37,371 nucleotides of DNA from a virus (taxonomy: Duplodnaviria > Heunggongvirae > Uroviricota > Caudoviricetes). The DNA is taken from IMG/VR virus record IMGVR_UViG_2579779116_000018, positions 1 through 37,371 of that record. One strand, given 5' to 3'. Below are positions 35,207-37,371 of the stretch, in pieces. A program made the position numbers and the translations under genes. Position 1 is the first letter of the stretch; the number at the start of each line of letters is the position of its first letter. The notes beneath the pieces are model-generated. The model was not told the origin of the DNA, searched no databases, and worked only from the letters and a program-made list of their open reading frames with translations.

Positions 35207-36148
35207 ATGTTATTTTCCGCTAACTTTTTCACTAACGAAGTAACCAACGCTAAAGCAGTTATCAAATTTGGCACCGAAGCAAACAAGAAGATTCAGCCGA
35301 AAGTTGTTGCTCATGTTTCCTTTGCACAGCAGAAATCCGCTTTCGCTGGCTTTAAAGCACATCGTGAAGCACTGATCGCGGCTGGCTTTGGTGTTGACGG
35401 TAAACTGCCTAACGGCATTCGTAAAGCAATCGACCGCGTTAAACCTGCTAAAGACGTTGCAGTAGACCACATCGTTACTTTTACCGTTAAGAACTCTTCT
35501 GAACTGTTCCACCTGGTTATTGCTGGTGATACTGCTATCGTTTCCGCTCCTAACATGGATTTTCAGGATACCGCTGATTGCCAGATCACCTTCGGTCGTC
35601 GTAAAGAAGTTACCGGAAAAGCTAAACTGAACTTCACTAAATCCGGCAATCCTTACTTTGCTGTTTTCTTTAACAGCCACGCTACCGAAAAAGAAGTTGT
35701 AGAACTGGTTGCTTATGAAGGTGAAGAGAAAGAACGTATTGAATCTTGCGAAGCATTTCTGGAACTGGAAGCACAGGTGAATGCTGTTTCTCCGGTTGTT
35801 GAAGATCGCTTTGCTGCACTGGAAGCACAGATCGCAGAACTGAAAGCTGCACTGGAAGAAAAAGACCAGATTATCGAAGCACAGAAAGCTGAGATTGAAG
35901 AACTGAAAGCTAAAGAAGTTGCTCCGGTGGCAGTAGTTGAAAACGCGGCTGATGAGGCCGCAAATGATGAAGTAGAAGTGAAAATCGATGTGATGCGTGA
36001 TCCGATGGCTGCACTGCAATTACTTCGTTCTTTTAAGGGCAAATCTCATTTTTCTAGTGATGTAGAAGATGAGGAAGAAGAACAGAAACGCAATGCTGCA
36101 ATGCTTCATGATGAAATGTACGGTACTAACTTTTCTTACTGCCAATAA
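35207..36148 (+). CDS. abundant hypothetical protein with coiled coil and acidic C-terminus (313 aa)
   Basis: RBS GGAG; codon usage visibly different from the rest of the window (CTG, GAA, AAA, GCT, CGT-rich, as in highly expressed E. coli genes); heptad-like EAQIAELKAALEEKDQIIEAQKAEIEELKAKE; followed by terminator. Confidence 0.75.
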   Translation: MLFSANFFTNEVTNAKAVIKFGTEANKKIQPKVVAHVSFAQQKSAFAGFKAHREALIAAGFGVDGKLPNGIRKAIDRVKPAKDVAVDHIVTFTVKNSSELFHLVIAGDTAIVSAPNMDFQDTADCQITFGRRKEVTGKAKLNFTKSGNPYFAVFFNSHATEKEVVELVAYEGEEKERIESCEAFLELEAQVNAVSPVVEDRFAALEAQIAELKAALEEKDQIIEAQKAEIEELKAKEVAPVAVVENAADEAANDEVEVKIDVMRDPMAALQLLRSFKGKSHFSSDVEDEEEEQKRNAAMLHDEMYGTNFSYCQ

Positions 36149-36171
36149 AAAAAGGGACTCCGAAGAGTCCC
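36146..36171. terminator. bidirectional hairpin terminator
   Basis: GGGACTC-cgaa-GAGTCCC flanked by AAAAAAA on the plus side (U-run for the minus-strand transcript) and TAGTAAGTTT on the other. Confidence 0.6.
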
Positions 36172-36245
36172 TAGTAAGTTTAGGTTAGGTTGCACAACAA
36201 AGATGAGGTTATAATGAACATAATGCTACATTATCTAGTAAAGCC

Positions 36246-36273
36246 AGAAAAATAACCGCCCCTTTCGAGGCGG
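36246..36273 (-). terminator. second minus-strand terminator (tandem)
   Basis: Minus-strand CCGCCUC-gaaa-GGGGCGG (one G-U) followed by UUAUUUUUCU. Confidence 0.5.
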
Positions 36274-36431
36274 GAGGATTAATACTCAATCTATACTTGT
36301 TATGTTTTTATGTTGTATAGTCACTGACTATGAAAACACTGTACTGAATGTGTTTTATGGCTTTTAATCGGGAACTCTCTTTCGAAAATTCCCTGTTAAA
36401 ACCACATAAGGAGAAATGGCAGATTACAATA

Positions 36432-36716
36432 TTATTTAGTCTGTTTGAAAACAAACGTTAAAAATTCGATTAAGCAATATACCCAGCATACAGTAAGCAG
36501 TAGATGCATAGAAATAGCCGGATGGAAGTTAAAAAGTGTCATACTAACTAGACCAACAATATAAGAAATCCCTTCGACAATTAAAGCTAGACTAGAAAAT
36601 GCAACAAACGCACCTAAGAATAATTCAGCACGTTCTCGATTTTCGGTTCCGAGTTTATAAGCAGAAATAACAGCCAGAATAGTAATGATGACAGCATAGG
36701 TAATAAAAGTAGCCAT
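36432..36716 (-). CDS. small integral membrane protein (94 aa)
   Basis: RBS AGAGGATATAAAACT; three predicted hydrophobic helices; function unknown, holin-like size. Confidence 0.55.
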   Translation of the reverse strand: MATFITYAVIITILAVISAYKLGTENRERAELFLGAFVAFSSLALIVEGISYIVGLVSMTLFNFHPAISMHLLLTVCWVYCLIEFLTFVFKQTK

Positions 36717-36742
36717 AGTTTTATATCCTCTTAAAAGTTAAG

Positions 36743-36761
36743 CGGGGGAGAACATCCCCCG
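36743..36761. other. GC-rich hairpin CGGGGGA-gaaca-TCCCCCG
   Basis: Same stem as the hairpin at 19453-19471 with a different loop; sits between the Nu1-like gene and the membrane protein gene. Confidence 0.4.
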
Positions 36762-36810
36762 TAGACGTTGACCCGTTCAACATCTTTCATACATTTATTT
36801 ATAACGCGTT

Positions 36811-37371
36811 TTAAGACACATCAAATTCATCGTCTTCTTCTGGTTCTTGTTCTTGTTCTTCCGGTTCATCCATTAATGGTAATTCTTCTTCCTCGTCTTC
36901 TCCCAAATCTGCATTTTCGAACAAGTCCCCTACTTCATTTAAACGACGCTCGATAATCTCCCTTAGCTTATTCTTTAATGTTTTCTGGTCAGTGGCAGAT
37001 TCGAGAATTTCTAAAGCGTCGATTGTGGCGATCTGCAAAATAGTCTGCTTCACTTTCCCGCAGTATTCCGCTAGTTCCTGTTCTACATACCCGACCGGAA
37101 TCAGGAGATTCATAGCTTCCTGGTTCTCTCGTTCGGCTGCATCCGCTAATGCTCTTTCCCGGCGCAACTTCTCAACATCTATTTGTTCTTTTATAGAAGT
37201 TTCTTTGAGCGGATTAATGATGTTCTTCAAGACCCATTCTGTCCCTTCTTTGGCTGGTACGCGTCGTGTATTGGTATTAAATGGCATTCCTCGTTCTTGC
37301 CATTTCTTAGCGGCGTTAATTGTATAGCCGTATAAGCGGGAAATTTCTGTAAGGGTTAATTCTTCTTTCAT
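36811..37371 (-). CDS. Nu1-like DNA-binding protein, candidate terminase small subunit (at least 186 aa)
   Basis: N-terminal LTLTEISRLYGYTINAAKKWQERGMPF resembles the lambda Nu1 winged-helix segment (IRTIQNWQEQGMPV); acidic C-terminus. The ATG coincides with the last 3 nt of the window, so the true 5' end is not verifiable. Confidence 0.6.
   Translation of the reverse strand: MKEELTLTEISRLYGYTINAAKKWQERGMPFNTNTRRVPAKEGTEWVLKNIINPLKETSIKEQIDVEKLRRERALADAAERENQEAMNLLIPVGYVEQELAEYCGKVKQTILQIATIDALEILESATDQKTLKNKLREIIERRLNEVGDLFENADLGEDEEEELPLMDEPEEQEQEPEEDDEFDVS

Noticed and set aside
35210-36042. Minus-strand ORFs 35210-36019, 35311-35556 and 35713-36042 opposite the 313 aa gene
   Set aside because: The plus-strand gene has a good RBS, strong codon bias and a terminator; the antisense ORFs have none and give Phe/Ser/Cys-rich products.
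36992-37327. 111 aa plus-strand ORF opposite the Nu1-like gene
   Set aside because: The minus-strand frame carries the recognisable Nu1-like motif; the plus-strand ORF has no RBS or motif.
1-37371. tRNA or rRNA genes
   Set aside because: No region shows the GC-rich cloverleaf-sized conserved segments expected; the structured non-coding regions are hairpins and repeats, not tRNA-like. Manual scan only, so a divergent tRNA cannot be fully excluded.

Overview
This window is a segment of a tailed dsDNA phage genome (siphovirus-type, with a lambda-like large terminase and lambda-like tail tip, and an HK97-fold head), probably infecting an enterobacterium. All family assignments are from reading the translated ORFs and recalled motifs; no database search was run. 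Layout: (1) 1-6.8 kb, plus-strand accessory/early block: a large serine recombinase flanked by three paralogous genes (tandem Zn-ribbon-like repeats plus a C-terminal T5orf172/GIY-YIG-like domain), then an SF2 helicase. (2) 6.8-30.7 kb, one long minus-strand late operon: large terminase, portal, a single-ORF prohead protease-scaffold-major capsid fusion, connector genes, a long fibre with C-terminal S74 intramolecular chaperone, tail tube candidate, G/T chaperones, tape measure, minor tail proteins, a free-standing GIY-YIG homing endonuclease, a gpI/gpJ-like tip protein, and a lysis-like cassette ending in an M15 peptidase. (3) 30.8-37.4 kb, regulatory/early region: three small paralogous DNA-binding-like genes, a Rha-family regulator, a 1.4 kb non-coding control region (paired hairpins, about ten TCAGGGGCAAAA iterons, a strong sigma70 promoter with a roughly 380 nt ORF-free leader ending in an intrinsic terminator), a strongly codon-optimised 313 aa gene, and a Nu1-like gene at the window edge. 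Most notable observations: identical terminator modules with open post-UGA extensions behind the capsid and tail-tube genes, a possible non-canonical -1 frameshift at the G/T chaperone junction, the recombinase/T5orf172 cluster, and the iteron-rich control region.
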